Part shown: positions 1-11,884 of the stretch, piece after piece | Position numbering within the stretch: the first letter of the stretch is position 1 | Layout: each line of letters starts with the position of its first letter | From: Fistulifera solaris | Lineage: Eukaryota | Direction: 5' to 3' | NCBI GenBank assembly: GCA_030295235.1 | Contig: AP026141.1 | Span: forward strand, 248,001 to 312,000 | Length of the DNA stretch: 64,000 bases | Notes under the pieces: generated by a model | Told to the model about the DNA's origin: nothing | The model's input: the letters and a program-made list of their open reading frames with translations, nothing else | The model's database searches: none | Translations under genes and position numbers: made by a program

Positions 1-43
1 TTTGATTTAGTTCTTAACTAAAAAGCGCCAAGTATCTCAAGAA

Positions 44-2257
44 ATGCGGAAGATTCCAGCAACTGCGACGACCGACGACTCTTCTTCATCATCATCCTCG
101 TCATCCTCGTCTTCGTCGGGTAGCTCATCCAGTGACGAGGAAGAAGTCTCCTATTCGCCTGTTGCAAACAAAGGCAAAATCATGAAGCCAGGTCTCAATC
201 CAGCAACGATATCCCCGCCGGCTTCACCGCCACTCAGTCGTAATGTAGCGCAACTCGGCACAAAAGCGTCGCCGCCCCTTCCGATCAACAAGAACGAAAA
301 ACCCGGATTTCAACCCAAGGAGAAAAGCCCGCCGCTGAGCAATCCATTTTTGAAAAAGCAAGAGACGGCTCCTCCGCAACAAAATGGCTTGGGAATGCTC
401 ACACCAAAGAAGGCTGAGACAGATGGTGATTCCAGTGACGAAGATGATATCTTGGGCCCTTCACCAGGCGCTCTAGGAAAAACCAACAATAAAGTGCCCC
501 CAACAGGGAAACTTACCAAAGATTTATCGAAAGATAATGTACCGAAAGTGACCGGGTCGTCACCCAGCGATAAGTCAATGGCGAAAGGCAGTGTCGACGA
601 TGACAAAAAGGATAAGTCAAAGAAGAGCTCAAGTAGCAAAGAGGATAAGAAGAAGGAATCGAAAGATAAAAAGGAAAAGAAAGAAAAGAAGGAAAAAGAA
701 AAGAAAGACAAGAGTGAAAAGAAGAGTAAAAAAGACGGGGATGACGGTAAAGGTGATAAAAGTAGGAACAAGTCGGAGATCGAGCAGAAAGGGAACAAAG
801 AGCAAGTTGATTCCAAGATAGATGGAAGACCTAATTTGGATGGAAGCAAATTGCGCGCAGTTGACCTCGAAGGTGGCCTTGACGGAGATAAATTGAAAAG
901 TGGAGAAGACGATGCTTCGTCAAAAGAGGAGAAAAGGCGAGGATTTCTGGGCAGACTTTTCGCACCACAAAAAGCGGAACCTCCTGTTCTTGTCGATGAC
1001 GATGATGATGCACCCGAAGACGCCAATCCGGTCGTCACCACGAAGAAGAAGAATAGTGGTCGCTTTTCGTTATTTCGTAAGAAGAGTCAGAAAGCTGAGC
1101 CTACAGATGATGACATTGAAATCGAATTCGTCCCCAACGACGAGGAAGAGGAAACTGCCATCACTGACAAGGCAATTCTTTATCCTGAGCCTCGAATGGA
1201 ATCAGCACAACCTAGTATTGATATTGAGAACCCTGCACCTGTTGATCAAAGCCGTGGCGATGTCCATCAAAGACCGAAACAAGATGATCAGTTTAGGTGG
1301 GGACGATTGTACTTTGCACTTTTGATCATAGCCATATTAATCGTCGGATCGACCGTGGGGACCGCCTTTTGGGGAATGAAGATCTATACGGAAAAGCACG
1401 GAGATTTGGCACTCAGCACAGACAGCGGTCCTCCGCCAACATTGGAAGGCAACGAATGTGATTACGATGACAACCTTCTACTCGAGTTCCGGATATTGTT
1501 CGATTCCAAACCCGAACAAACTGGTTTTTCTCTTCGCGATGCACCCCCTTTCAGCAGCGGTATCTGGGTCATGGAACCGGGCACGTTCCGTTCGTTTTCT
1601 CAATTTCAAAAGAAGAACACGCTCCGCATTTGTTTGAGCGATAAATTGAACTACACGTTCGAGGTTGAAGACACGTTTGGTGATGGGATGGTATCGGAAT
1701 TCGGCGCGACCAGTGTTTATGGCAGATGGGAGCTCGCTTTCAACGAGCAACTGGTTGCTTCCTACAACGGGGACTGCTACGCGAATGCAACATCGGATGG
1801 CGAAAGTTTGAGTCAGTCTACCAACGATACACTTTCGTTTTGTGGAAGATATTGTACATGTTCGTTCACCATTGGAGTCAATGAAACGAAAGGAGGATGC
1901 GTGGAGGAATGCCAGGACCCAACTGTCCCTACCAGCCGTCCCGTTGCAGAAGAACCGGAAGGCACCGATCCACCAGCAGAGACAACGGGCCCTGCAGGTG
2001 CTTCCACCACGGCCCCGAGTGCGGCCACTGTAGATGGCGGTTCTACATCTCCTCCGACTATTGCCACTCTAGATGGTACTTCTACTCCTCCTCCGACTGC
2101 TGGTGGTGGTGGTGGTGGAGGCTCCTTAACCTTGGCTCCCTCGGCGGCGGGAGCGACCTCTACGATTGTCCCCACGGCGGCTGCGACTGCAGCACAAACC
2201 GTGCCCGGTGGTACAGAACCACCGCTTACCGTAGGTAGAAGACGGGGAGATCCTTAA
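44..2257 (+). CDS. Type II membrane protein: disordered Ser/Lys/Asp-rich N-terminus, single TM helix, Cys-containing extracellular domain, Thr/Pro-rich tail
   Basis: 737-aa ORF; TM LYFALLIIAILIVGSTVGTAFWG; motif FDSKPEQTGF...CLS...YTFEVEDTFGDGM; C-terminal T/P/A/G-rich region. Confidence 0.75.
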   Translation: MRKIPATATTDDSSSSSSSSSSSSSGSSSSDEEEVSYSPVANKGKIMKPGLNPATISPPASPPLSRNVAQLGTKASPPLPINKNEKPGFQPKEKSPPLSNPFLKKQETAPPQQNGLGMLTPKKAETDGDSSDEDDILGPSPGALGKTNNKVPPTGKLTKDLSKDNVPKVTGSSPSDKSMAKGSVDDDKKDKSKKSSSSKEDKKKESKDKKEKKEKKEKEKKDKSEKKSKKDGDDGKGDKSRNKSEIEQKGNKEQVDSKIDGRPNLDGSKLRAVDLEGGLDGDKLKSGEDDASSKEEKRRGFLGRLFAPQKAEPPVLVDDDDDAPEDANPVVTTKKKNSGRFSLFRKKSQKAEPTDDDIEIEFVPNDEEEETAITDKAILYPEPRMESAQPSIDIENPAPVDQSRGDVHQRPKQDDQFRWGRLYFALLIIAILIVGSTVGTAFWGMKIYTEKHGDLALSTDSGPPPTLEGNECDYDDNLLLEFRILFDSKPEQTGFSLRDAPPFSSGIWVMEPGTFRSFSQFQKKNTLRICLSDKLNYTFEVEDTFGDGMVSEFGATSVYGRWELAFNEQLVASYNGDCYANATSDGESLSQSTNDTLSFCGRYCTCSFTIGVNETKGGCVEECQDPTVPTSRPVAEEPEGTDPPAETTGPAGASTTAPSAATVDGGSTSPPTIATLDGTSTPPPTAGGGGGGGSLTLAPSAAGATSTIVPTAAATAAQTVPGGTEPPLTVGRRRGDP

Positions 2258-2602
2258 TCTGTTATATTTGTAGCATACTGGTATGCAAGCTTTATCTTTT
2301 GATGCTTTTGTCTCTCTAGTTTTTGTGTCTTTGGTTGCTTGAAGAACTAAGATGTAGGTGAGTACAGGTGGGTTACAGACAAAGTACAATCTAGGCCATA
2401 CATCATGAAGATCACGATTTTTTCAACGAGACAAAAACCGTATTATTTTTTCTAGCAAAAACCACGAAAGCGAGAAAAATACCTGCGGTAAACGGCGAAC
2501 TGCTTTGCGCGTCAACAAAGCAAACCACAGGCTGCAAATAAAAATACAAGAGTCGTCTTTCTCGCTTTACGATTCTCTAATTCTACTATTACAATTGACA
2601 TC

Positions 2603-2891
2603 ATGACTACCGACAATAACCAAGCCGATCCGCCCAAACGCAGCGTCGACGAGGACGACGTTACATCGTCCTCTCCGACGGCCAAGAAGAACAAACGAGA
2701 TTGGCTTTCTTTTACGGGGCGTCGTTGGTACGTTTCGTTCGATGTTGCGATTATTATGTAAAATAATTTTGTCGCTCACTGCAAACTTTCGAAGGACGCG
2801 AATTGGTGATGACTTTCAAGCCGTCAATCTCCCGGAACCCATCACGAAACCGATTGTAGAAGACTCTCCGCCTCGCGACTCGAATACATGA
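2603..2891 (+). CDS. Small two-exon protein (73 aa) with an ELM2-like RIGDDFQA motif
   Basis: ATG 2603; intron 2728-2794 (GTACGT...CTCAC...AAG); splicing gives MTTDNN...KKNKRDWLSFTGRRWTRIGDDFQAVNLPEP...SNT*. Confidence 0.6.
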
Positions 2892-3086
2892 AAGCAACAA
2901 CACCGAAATCTCCTTGTTTGGAGAGACTCTTTCTATATCATTGATAAAGCAATTCACATAGACTATTTTTTATGTTTACCTGCAGCTACCGTGTTTCATC
3001 CTGTGCATCTTCATAGGGCTGATTGTAACTGAAGAATGTTCTCCTCTTCGTTCATCACTCGCATTCATTTAATGCTTTTACTGCAT

Positions 3087-4118
3087 TTACTCCACTTCTT
3101 CCTCTTCGACTCCCTGATCCGGCTCATCTTGCTCCAACTCCAACAACATACTGGGATCCGGATCTTGACCCAAGATCTGTGAGCAGAAATACAGAATCTG
3201 CTTGCGCCCAATTTCCATGGCGGCGCGGGGACCCAAGCAGTACATCGTCAATTCCGGATCCTTTTCCTTGATGCACAACAAATAGTCTTGGTGTACAAAC
3301 TTGACGAGCGCCGCATCGACGTTCGGGTGCGAAGTAGAACGAGCCGACGACGATCCTTCCCCCCGCGGGGGTTCTTTCGGAATGTTTTCGTCCAAGCGAT
3401 GCAACAACTCGTACAAACGATCGTCACGGAGCCATCGGGAACCTGCAATGCGCGCGTGTGTGAGAAATGAGAGGGCCGATATTCTTTCACAAAAAGCTAC
3501 GTAAACGCACCATCCGTTTTGGGTTCGCCCTCGCAATAACAAAGGGCGAGAATGACCATCAGTAGACCCTTGTTAATCGAGCAATCTTCATGAACCGAAT
3601 GCAGGGCCTTACTGTGCTCGCCAGTTTCGTCTTCTTTCAAGCAATTCACCAGATAGTAGCGATCTTTCTTGGATTGCGGCAAATCCTTCATATTCTCCAT
3701 CCACGCCGGAATACGTTTGAGTTCGAAATCAAAACAGTTCTGCAAGCGCTTATTGGCTTCATCGAATGCGGCCGAAGTGATGCGTGGCGGTAAATCCGCT
3801 TCCTTGGCGCATTTGAGACGATCCAAGGACTCTCCCGCGAGTCCTTTAAACAACAACAAGCGCGTTAAATCCGATATGGCCTTTTCTCGTTGGGTTTCAT
3901 CGAGACGATTGAGATTCTCGCGTTCTTTCGCTTTGACGGAATGAATCTCTTGGGTATTAAGAATCGTTTCGTCCGGAATGCGCTGCGAAAAGTCCAAAGC
4001 TTGAAAGGACTGCGTCGGTTCGACTTCATCCTCTGACATGTCGTCGTCGTGGTTCCTCGAGGCCTGAGAGGCAAAGGAGGTTCTCTGTGATTGTGAGCGT
4101 CGTTGTGAAGGGAGGCAT
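3087..4118 (-). CDS. NSE3: MAGE-domain protein, Smc5/6 subunit Nse3-like
   Basis: AISDLTRLLLFK...ANKRLQNCFDFEL, GLLMVILALCY, YCLGPRAAMEIGRKQIL; intron 3443-3510 joins the two ORFs; start uncertain (4118 with an indel, or the later MSEDE). Confidence 0.75.
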
Positions 4119-4368
4119 TCTGTGAATGAAATGAATAATAAAAGAACAAAAAAAGTTGCAAAATGACGCAAATGCTCTTAAAGAATGAAGCGCATTGCTG
4201 TTGAAAGGGAGACGCGATGGAAGCAGTTCTTGCCGAGCCGTTGCTGCCTGGCCGGCTCGCTTTCATAAGCGCGCGCCAAGACGACGACGCTCCACATTCA
4301 AACCGAGTATAGGCGAAAATGTACTTTATATGTAAAGGCTCCCAGAAAATCTGATTGTTCATGACCAG

Positions 4369-4842
4369 GACTCATGACTCATGACTGAAATGCTGTCGTG
4401 GTCTCATACTCATAGAACCATTACTTTGGGTCTATAGTAAATAATAGAAAACAACGTTTCGTAAGGCTCTTCGACGTTAAATACAATCATGTGTAATGCA
4501 ACGCTGCTAGAGCCTATTTACTGCATTAGCGACAAAAGGAGCTGCTGAACGAACGAATCTTAGATGACATTGACGCTCGAACGTAGCGAAATACGGACAA
4601 CACTTTGGTCCATAGTAAATACAGATATCAACGTTTCACAAGGCTCTTCGACGTAAAATATGATCCATTGTAATGCAAACACTGCTTAAACCTTTTTCAT
4701 TACAACAGCGACAAATTTAGTCTAACATAGACTAGTTTGATGCGCGAACGAAGTATAGGCAGCAATTTCGCTCAAAGAAAATTGACTCATGAGTGAAATG
4801 CAGTCGTGGATAAGTTATGTTACACTTTGGGCTATAGTTAAT
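4369..4842 (+). repeat. Three tandem copies of the bipartite dyad element within diverged ~180-200 bp units
   Basis: Dyads at 4380-4400 and 4788-4808; second box at 4421-4442, 4599-4620 and 4821-4842; 4423-4536 aligns by eye with 4602-4715. Confidence 0.75.
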
Positions 4843-5045
4843 GCAGTTTTTCTTATTTTAGGGCAAACCTTATTAACAGAACGTGATCCGTGTCGCAACA
4901 GCAACGCCAGGAAACCACTCGCATTCGTCGCACACACACGTCAATGTTTCGTTTTCTCTCATCGTAACCAACGACATCTCTTCTTTGATGCCTTACAGCA
5001 AAATAGTCCTGAAAGCTCTCAAGGCATTATTCAACAACAAACGAC

Positions 5046-7401
5046 ATGCCCCGAAGAATACACTTACTGAGTTTAGCGGTGGTATGTTTCGCGGGAACGG
5101 CATCGGCGTGGCTCCCTTCCACTTCCAGCGCCCCTCGATGGAGTCATCATCGTCGTTTCTCGACCACATCGAGTGGGGAAGCATCGACCACCACCAGCAA
5201 TGGATTGACGTACGACGCGAAAAAGATTCGCAATTTCAGTATCATTGCGCATATTGATCATGGTACGACGCTTGATTGCTCGGTTGTCGAAAGAAAATAC
5301 AAGCCAAACTGACACTCTTTCTTCGTCCTCCTTCATATCTAGGCAAATCAACTCTCGCCGATCGATTACTCGAGTCCACCAAAACAGTTTCTGAACGTGA
5401 TATGACGAACCAATTGCTCGACAATATGGATTTGGTAAGTGAATCACTGTCGTTTAAATTAAAATTGATTGCTGAACTCACGGATGAATGGATTATTCAG
5501 GAACGTGAACGAGGTATTACCATTAAGCTGCAGGCTGCCAGAGTACTCTATACAGCAAAAGATGGAGAGACATAGTAAGTGATGAAGAACCTTTAACATC
5601 GTCATTTTTGCTTGGTCTAAACTGACTTTGTTTGCTCGTCCGGGCAGCTGCCTCAACTTAATTGACACTCCAGGTAAGAAAGAATTGGTACGCCTTTACG
5701 ACCGTTTCACGCTATGACTCATCCATTCTGATAGGGCACGTGGATTTCAGCTATGAGGTTTCTCGATCTTTGGCGGCTTGTGAAGGAGCGCTTTTGGTGG
5801 TTGATGCTTCGCAGGGTATCGAGGCACAAACACTGGCCAATGTTTATCTGGCGTTAGAAAATGATCTGGAAGTGATTCCCGTTCTCAACAAAATTGATTT
5901 ACCCGCTGCGGAACCGGAACGGGTTGCCTTGGAAATTGAAGAAACCATCGGACTGGATTGTTCTGATATCGTTCACGCTTCGGCCAAGGCAGGTATCGGT
6001 ATTGAAGATATTCTCGAAAGTATTGTGCAAAAGTACCGCCGCCTCCCGCCGCCACTGGAGGACCCTTCCGTGCACTTATTTTCGACTCGTATTATGACGC
6101 TTATCGTGGAGTGATTGTATTCTTTCGTGTCGTAGATGGAGAAATCAACACCGGTGATAAGGTTCGCTTTCTCGCGAGCGCGGCGGAACATGATGTGTCG
6201 GAGATTGGCGTCATGCAACCCAATCAAGTTCCTACACAGGCCCTGCGCGCTGGAGAAGTCGGATATTTGTGGGGTAACATCAAAGATGTGTTGGATGCTC
6301 GTGTTGGTGATACTATTGTATTGTCCAAGGAATACAAGCTGCGCAAAGCCGATGTGAAAAATGACCAAGAACCCATTGAGCCTTTGCCTGGTTATGCCGA
6401 TAGTGTCCCCATGGTGTACTGTGGACTTTTCCCTGTAGATGCTGATGACTACGAGTCGTTGCGTGTTGCTTTAGGAAAGCTTCGTTTGAACGATGCAGCT
6501 CTTTCGTATGAACCGGAAACTTCGGGCGCTATGGGTTTTGGGTTTCGATGCGGATTCTTAGGTCTCCTTCATATGGATGTCATCCAAGAGCGATTGCAAC
6601 GAGAATATGATATTGATCTGATTGTCACTGCGCCGTCGGTTGTTTATAAAGTGCAGAAGAACGAAGGTAAAGAGGAAGTTATCATTGACGCTCCTTCTAA
6701 AATGCCTGACCTCGGACGGAACGATGTTGCACTTGAGCCCTATGTGAAAATGGATATCTTGACACCAAGCGAATACAACGGCGCTATCATTGAGCTAGGT
6801 CAAGAACGCCGTGGTGTCTTGATCGATATCAAGTACCTTACTCCTACACGATCCACCATTACCTACGAAATACCACTTGGAGAAGTCATCACGGACTTTT
6901 TTTGATCAGCTGAAATCACGCACACAGGGATATGCGTCGATGGAGTACTCGATAATCGACTATCGAGAAAGTGATCTGGTTCGTCTTGATGTGAAAATCA
7001 ACTATGAAAATGCACCAGCTTTGGCCTGCATCGTTCATCGTGATAAGGCCCAGCAAGTGGGCCGTAGATTATGCGCTTCACTCAAAGAGCTTATTCCGCG
7101 ACAAATGTTCAAGATTCCGATTCAAGCGTGCATCGGTGTCAAGATTGTCGCATCCGAGCACATCAATCCAATGCGTAAGGATGTTCTAGCGAAATGCTAT
7201 GGTGGTGGTAAGTCAAAGTTTTTGTAACGAAACTATTCAAACAGCTTCCGCTGTCCTAACAAACTGTTTTTATACTAAGACATAACACGAAAGAAAAAGC
7301 TCTTGCAGAAGCAAGCCAAGGGTAAGAAAAGGATGAAATCGATCGGAAAGGTCAACGTCCCACAAGAGGCTTTCATGGCAGTCTTAAAGCTAAATGACTA
7401 A
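5046..7401 (+). CDS. lepA: Plastid-targeted translation factor EF-4 (LepA/GUF1)
   Basis: [67 protein letters not shown]; presequence ASA-W; introns 5263-5342, 5435-5500, 5575-5647, 5674-5734, 7208-7279; apparent indels near 6040 and 6900. Confidence 0.95.
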
Positions 7402-7462
7402 ATTTTTTTAAATGTGATGTTTTTACTAAAATGGATTCGGATCACGTCGGAGAGAATCTATG

Positions 7463-10011
7463 TCATCTCCTCGTTTGCCGGTGTCTGACTTGAAACAGGA
7501 CCCACAAAAGCACCGTCAATGCAAAGATCGTGGCTGTTTCCAATGTAAAAATGTGATCAACGATAACATCGCGGCTAGTCCTTGTCGACTTCGTCATTTT
7601 TGTCCCATCATCAAGTTCAGGGTGGTTCCATTGACGTAATTCTTTGTACCAATCACCAAAGCCGTCTTCTTCCTGGTTATTGAACCATTCCTCCCAAGCC
7701 ATACAATGTTTTACCAGCTGTTCGTGGACGTTCAAAGCAAACAAAGCTACTTGCACTGGTAATTCGGCCTCATTAGTCCCTGTCGAAATTGCCAAGTCGT
7801 AATGCCGCTTTGCGAGAGGAAAATCTTGTTTCAAACCGAAGCCCCATTCGTATAGGAATCCTAAATTAAAGTGCGCCCTTGGACTAGCATTGCGTTCGGC
7901 TGCGAGACGATAGTAATGGGCGGCCGACGATAAGTCCTTGTTCAGCAAATCGTCTAACTCCTTGTCCTCTGTGTCGGAGTTAGTTGCATCGCAGGTTGCT
8001 GCATCTGGTGGTAATACATCACTGCCACTTCGAATTGCAATATTGTTCTTCTTGTCCTCATTAGAGATGAGTTCAAGATCGTGAAAGATTTTCGAGAAAT
8101 ACCTTCGAATTGTATCGAACAAAGTCGATAACACTTTTTCGGGGAAGAAAACAAAACGTGCCCACGCGAATGGATAGCTGTTTGAGTTCGTCCGTAATCG
8201 GCCATAGTAAAAGAAATCACCAACCCGTAGACTGGCTTCACTATATCCTTTTGCAGCGGCAGCTTTCCAAAGCCTGATTGCAGCCTTGGAGCATGCTATC
8301 GTATCCAAACCGAGACACTCACCGCGTTCCATCAGAAACGCAGCATTCAATAAGCCCAGATCAGACCCTGTCTCCGCAGCAATGAGATAGTTCTGCAAGC
8401 TCTTCCTGGTTTCACCAGCTACGTATTGTTTGTACGCTCTACGTAATCTCTCTGCCCGCTGGGGTGATGCGTGATCAATGAACGAGATGTAATGTTTTTG
8501 TGCTCTCTCGCAGTCCATAGGCACCGCCTGTATCATCTGATTGCCACTGCCATTGGGGATCTTTATCCCAGTTTCATACATCATGGCCAAACGATGCTTT
8601 GCCATGATATTACCTTTTCCAGCCGCAGCAGTTAACTCAGTCAGGGCAACCTGATAATCAACCATTGATGGGTAATGGGAACTTTCACCAACCAAAGGAA
8701 ATTTGTCTACCATCGTTTGCCCATGCTCTGACAACTTATCGAGAGACTGATAGTGAGTGTGCCAGCCCAGTTTCATCACTCCCAAATAGTACGATGCATC
8801 GGCATCTCCTTGGTCCTTTCCGAGTTTCAAATACGACGTTGCTATTTCAACGTCTCTTTGCGCTAGCATCGGAACGCCCAATAAATACATCAAGCCCATC
8901 CCTGTCAGGCAGACACTATCACAGAGTGAAATTTCTTCATCATCTTGGCCCTGCTTTAACTTCCTCTTCAATCGCTTTTGACACCCATCAAACCCTCCAG
9001 GAGTACCGACACGGAACATCTTATGCGCCGCAACAACGTCTTGCTTCGTTCCGATCCCCCAAAGATACATCATTCCCGCTCTTCCCGCGGCTTCCCAATG
9101 ATTCGCATTCCCCGCCATGTCATAATACTTTAGCGCCAGCGTCAAATTCTGCGGTGCACCCCGGAGTCCTAAATGATAATAACGCGCCAACGTGTAGGCG
9201 GCACGGGCCGCATCGGCACCGTCCCCCAATTGCGTCGCCTTGACGGCATAATATTGCAAGGCATCGGCCCGCTCGTCGGGCCGATTGTCAACATCCAATC
9301 GCGAGCCCGTCCCACCGTGCAAGTGGACTTGATAGAGCACATGCTTATCTTTCGCGGGCACGACACGACCGCGACTTTCCGGTGAAGCTAGCAACTGGTC
9401 CATGATTCCATGAGCCGCCGCCGCGAGGTACGGAAGGCGTGTGGTACACGAATCCTCGAGCCGATTCGCCATCGCCAGGGCTGACTCGACATTGCCTCCA
9501 ATGGCGGACATTTGCCAAAGAATCTGTGCTTGATGGCCCTCGGGACCATCTAAATCCCAATCCTCTTGTACAGATAAAGTTTTGTCATCGGAGGGCCAGA
9601 ACCAGAAACCAGCCGCTAGACTCGTCGCCTCTAAAAATTGAGCGATGGGATGTCCGAGCGATGCCGCTTTGCGCAATAAATACACCGCCACCGTTCCATT
9701 CACATCAGCCGAATAGAACAAACTGTCGTCATCACGCTCCCAATCTAAATAAGGCAACAATTGCTTCCAGTAGGCCGCCGCTTGTGTAGCCCGTGAGGCG
9801 CCCGCATCATAAATCGGATGCTCGAACGACTCGGACGGACGAGAGGAACGGATGGTATTGATTTTTTCGCGCTGTACTTTCGATAGCTTGGCTTTTTTCA
9901 TATCCGCAACATAAGAGTTTAACGTGTACAGAGTCACCTGCAGAAAGAGAGACAATCCTCCCAAACACCCTACGCAAAATAGTTTGCAAAGGGAACGCGA
10001 CGAGCCGTCAT
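7463..10011 (-). CDS. HRD3: Sel1-repeat ERAD component SEL1L/HRD3-like with C-terminal TM
   Basis: Multiple Sel1 repeats; RVGDFFYYG; AHFNLGFLYEWGFGLKQDFPLAKRHYDLA; C-terminal hydrophobic helix followed by basic residues; start uncertain. Confidence 0.8.
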
Positions 10012-10718
10012 GGTTTGCTTCACGCCGCAATTCGAAATGAACAGAAGCAATGGTACGTTGTTCGCGCAGTCAAAAGCTCTATATCCTCTGTAGTTGTTGT
10101 CTATGATTATTTATTAGCAGCAAGGAATGCAGGCGGTGGAAGCTAAGGATTTATTATAACATCATCCTCACACCATGGTAAAACGGGTGTGACTATGTAA
10201 CGATTAAATTCCAAGTGGGAGGAGCACGCGCGAACGGTTCCTCTCTGCCTTATTGCGTTGCGCATGACTTCGAATGTGAAGCAGTGTCGTATTGAAGCCG
10301 CCCAATAACTTTTAAGAGTAAACTCCAGTGCCGGTGGGCCAGTTACATCTTATCCCCCCTCAGATTGTCCGCCTTTTGAACTCTGGCCGCATTCAGCGGC
10401 AACAACTCCCCCAATTTTGAAAAGTATCAGCTTCGTCAAAGAAATATACTGTCGAATATGCAATGGAAATAATGGTAGGATCGAACGCTGGAGACGAAAA
10501 CTTGACGACTGACTCGTAACTTTAATAGTTAGTCGTGAATAATTTCCTTATGTTTGAGTTAAACTGACAACATAGCTCGGTAATTCCTGCTCTAGCTTGG
10601 TGAGCCATTAGTAAATTGATCAAGATATCTATCAGTGACAGCATAAGCACAACACGCCTCGATGATTGTTTACCAGGGTACGTCGGAAATCCTACGAATA
10701 TCGTCGTCGTCTGTTTTT

Positions 10719-10773
10719 GGTATAGAGCCAAGTGTACCCGGAACCTAATCACGACTGCATTCCAGTCATGAAT
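10719..10773 (-). repeat. Copy of the bipartite dyad element
   Basis: Reverse strand reads TCATGACTGGAATGCAGTCGTG-ATTAGGTTCCGGG-TACACTTGGCTCTATA. Confidence 0.7.
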
Positions 10774-11339
10774 GATCGTTCCGGGTCATTAGCTGCGAAT
10801 CCATCTATGTTCGTTCTGTTCGCGAAAAACTATTGCAAGCTAACATATAGTAATTGCAAAAGTCCCTTTGTAGATCAGACAAGTTGATGGAAATATTGGT
10901 AGCGACTGCTCGTGTTTCATGACTGAAATTATTCATTCGTTCGAACTCTGGCGGCACGTGGGGTAGAAATTTGCAATATTTGTGACATCAATAAAAGAGG
11001 CTATTTCACGAGCTCAATGTGCATTATCGGCTTCAAGTAAGCAGTCGCTAAGTTAGGGCGATGTCATAGGTTTATTTATAATTGGTTCTATCTGCGGGCG
11101 GGGGCAAGCGGCAACTATCGATTCCAGGACTCGTTTTGTTCAGATTGAAGACCGTGTCCGCTGTCCGCTGGATTGCGGATCTTGTTCAAGAGCCAAATAA
11201 TACTGATACTCTTTCATTAGCTTTCACCCGTTGAGGATGTAGGATGTAGACTATACCAGGTAGACGTTGTATGACGATTGACGACGGAGACGTCAGCTTG
11301 AGTTCCATAGATCCTAGAGATCCTCTGGATAGTCATGTA

Positions 11340-11640
11340 GTCATGGTATGGTTGGACGTAGATATTGGTTGTAGCTCCATCTGTGGTTGCGGCGTTGCGG
11401 CTTGATGTCGGCCTTCCACTTGAAGCTTCCAAGATCAAGTCGTGGCCATTCGAAATGAGAAGGGTGGGCCATGGCAAGGATTTCTGATGTAGAACCGAAA
11501 AGCGCCCATAGTATTTCTAATATCCCCGTCATTCTTTGGCTGGATACTCAGTACCGCTTGCAGTATCTCCCGTTGTCAACTGGCGAACTGGGAAACTCTT
11601 CGAGTTCTTTGAAAGTTCTTCTGGGATGTCAAGTGTAGTA
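11340..11640 (-). mobile_element. Possible degenerate Ty3/Gypsy reverse transcriptase remnant
   Basis: Broken frames give SKSFPV...SIQPKNDGDIR...FYIRNP...LGSFKWKAD, in the order expected for the N-terminal Gypsy RT motifs. Confidence 0.3.
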
Positions 11641-11884
11641 CGTTTTCTTACGTTGGACGAGGATCTATAATTACGCAAGTCCAGCGGCGAAGCGTAAAGC
11701 GTAACGAATGAATGACAAAGCTTCACAACTTCAAGATGCAAGGTCCACGTACCACACTCAAGACACAAGACACAAGCTCCATTTTCTCAGCATGCACGCG
11801 TAAATCGTCGGTTCCTGCGCTTGCCGTCATTAGCATTCATTATTATTTTTTTTTTATTTTTCGCCACCTATTGAATGACAAATC

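Noticed and set aside
4788..4842. Element as a V(D)J RSS or Transib-type end (heptamer-12-nonamer)
   Set aside because: The 12-nt spacer is suggestive, but the boxes do not match CACAGTG/ACAAAAACC, and no transposase or paired ends with TSDs are visible.
5648..5673. 26-nt microexon in lepA
   Set aside because: It has canonical splice sites and encodes the expected CLNLIDTP motif; ordinary gene structure.
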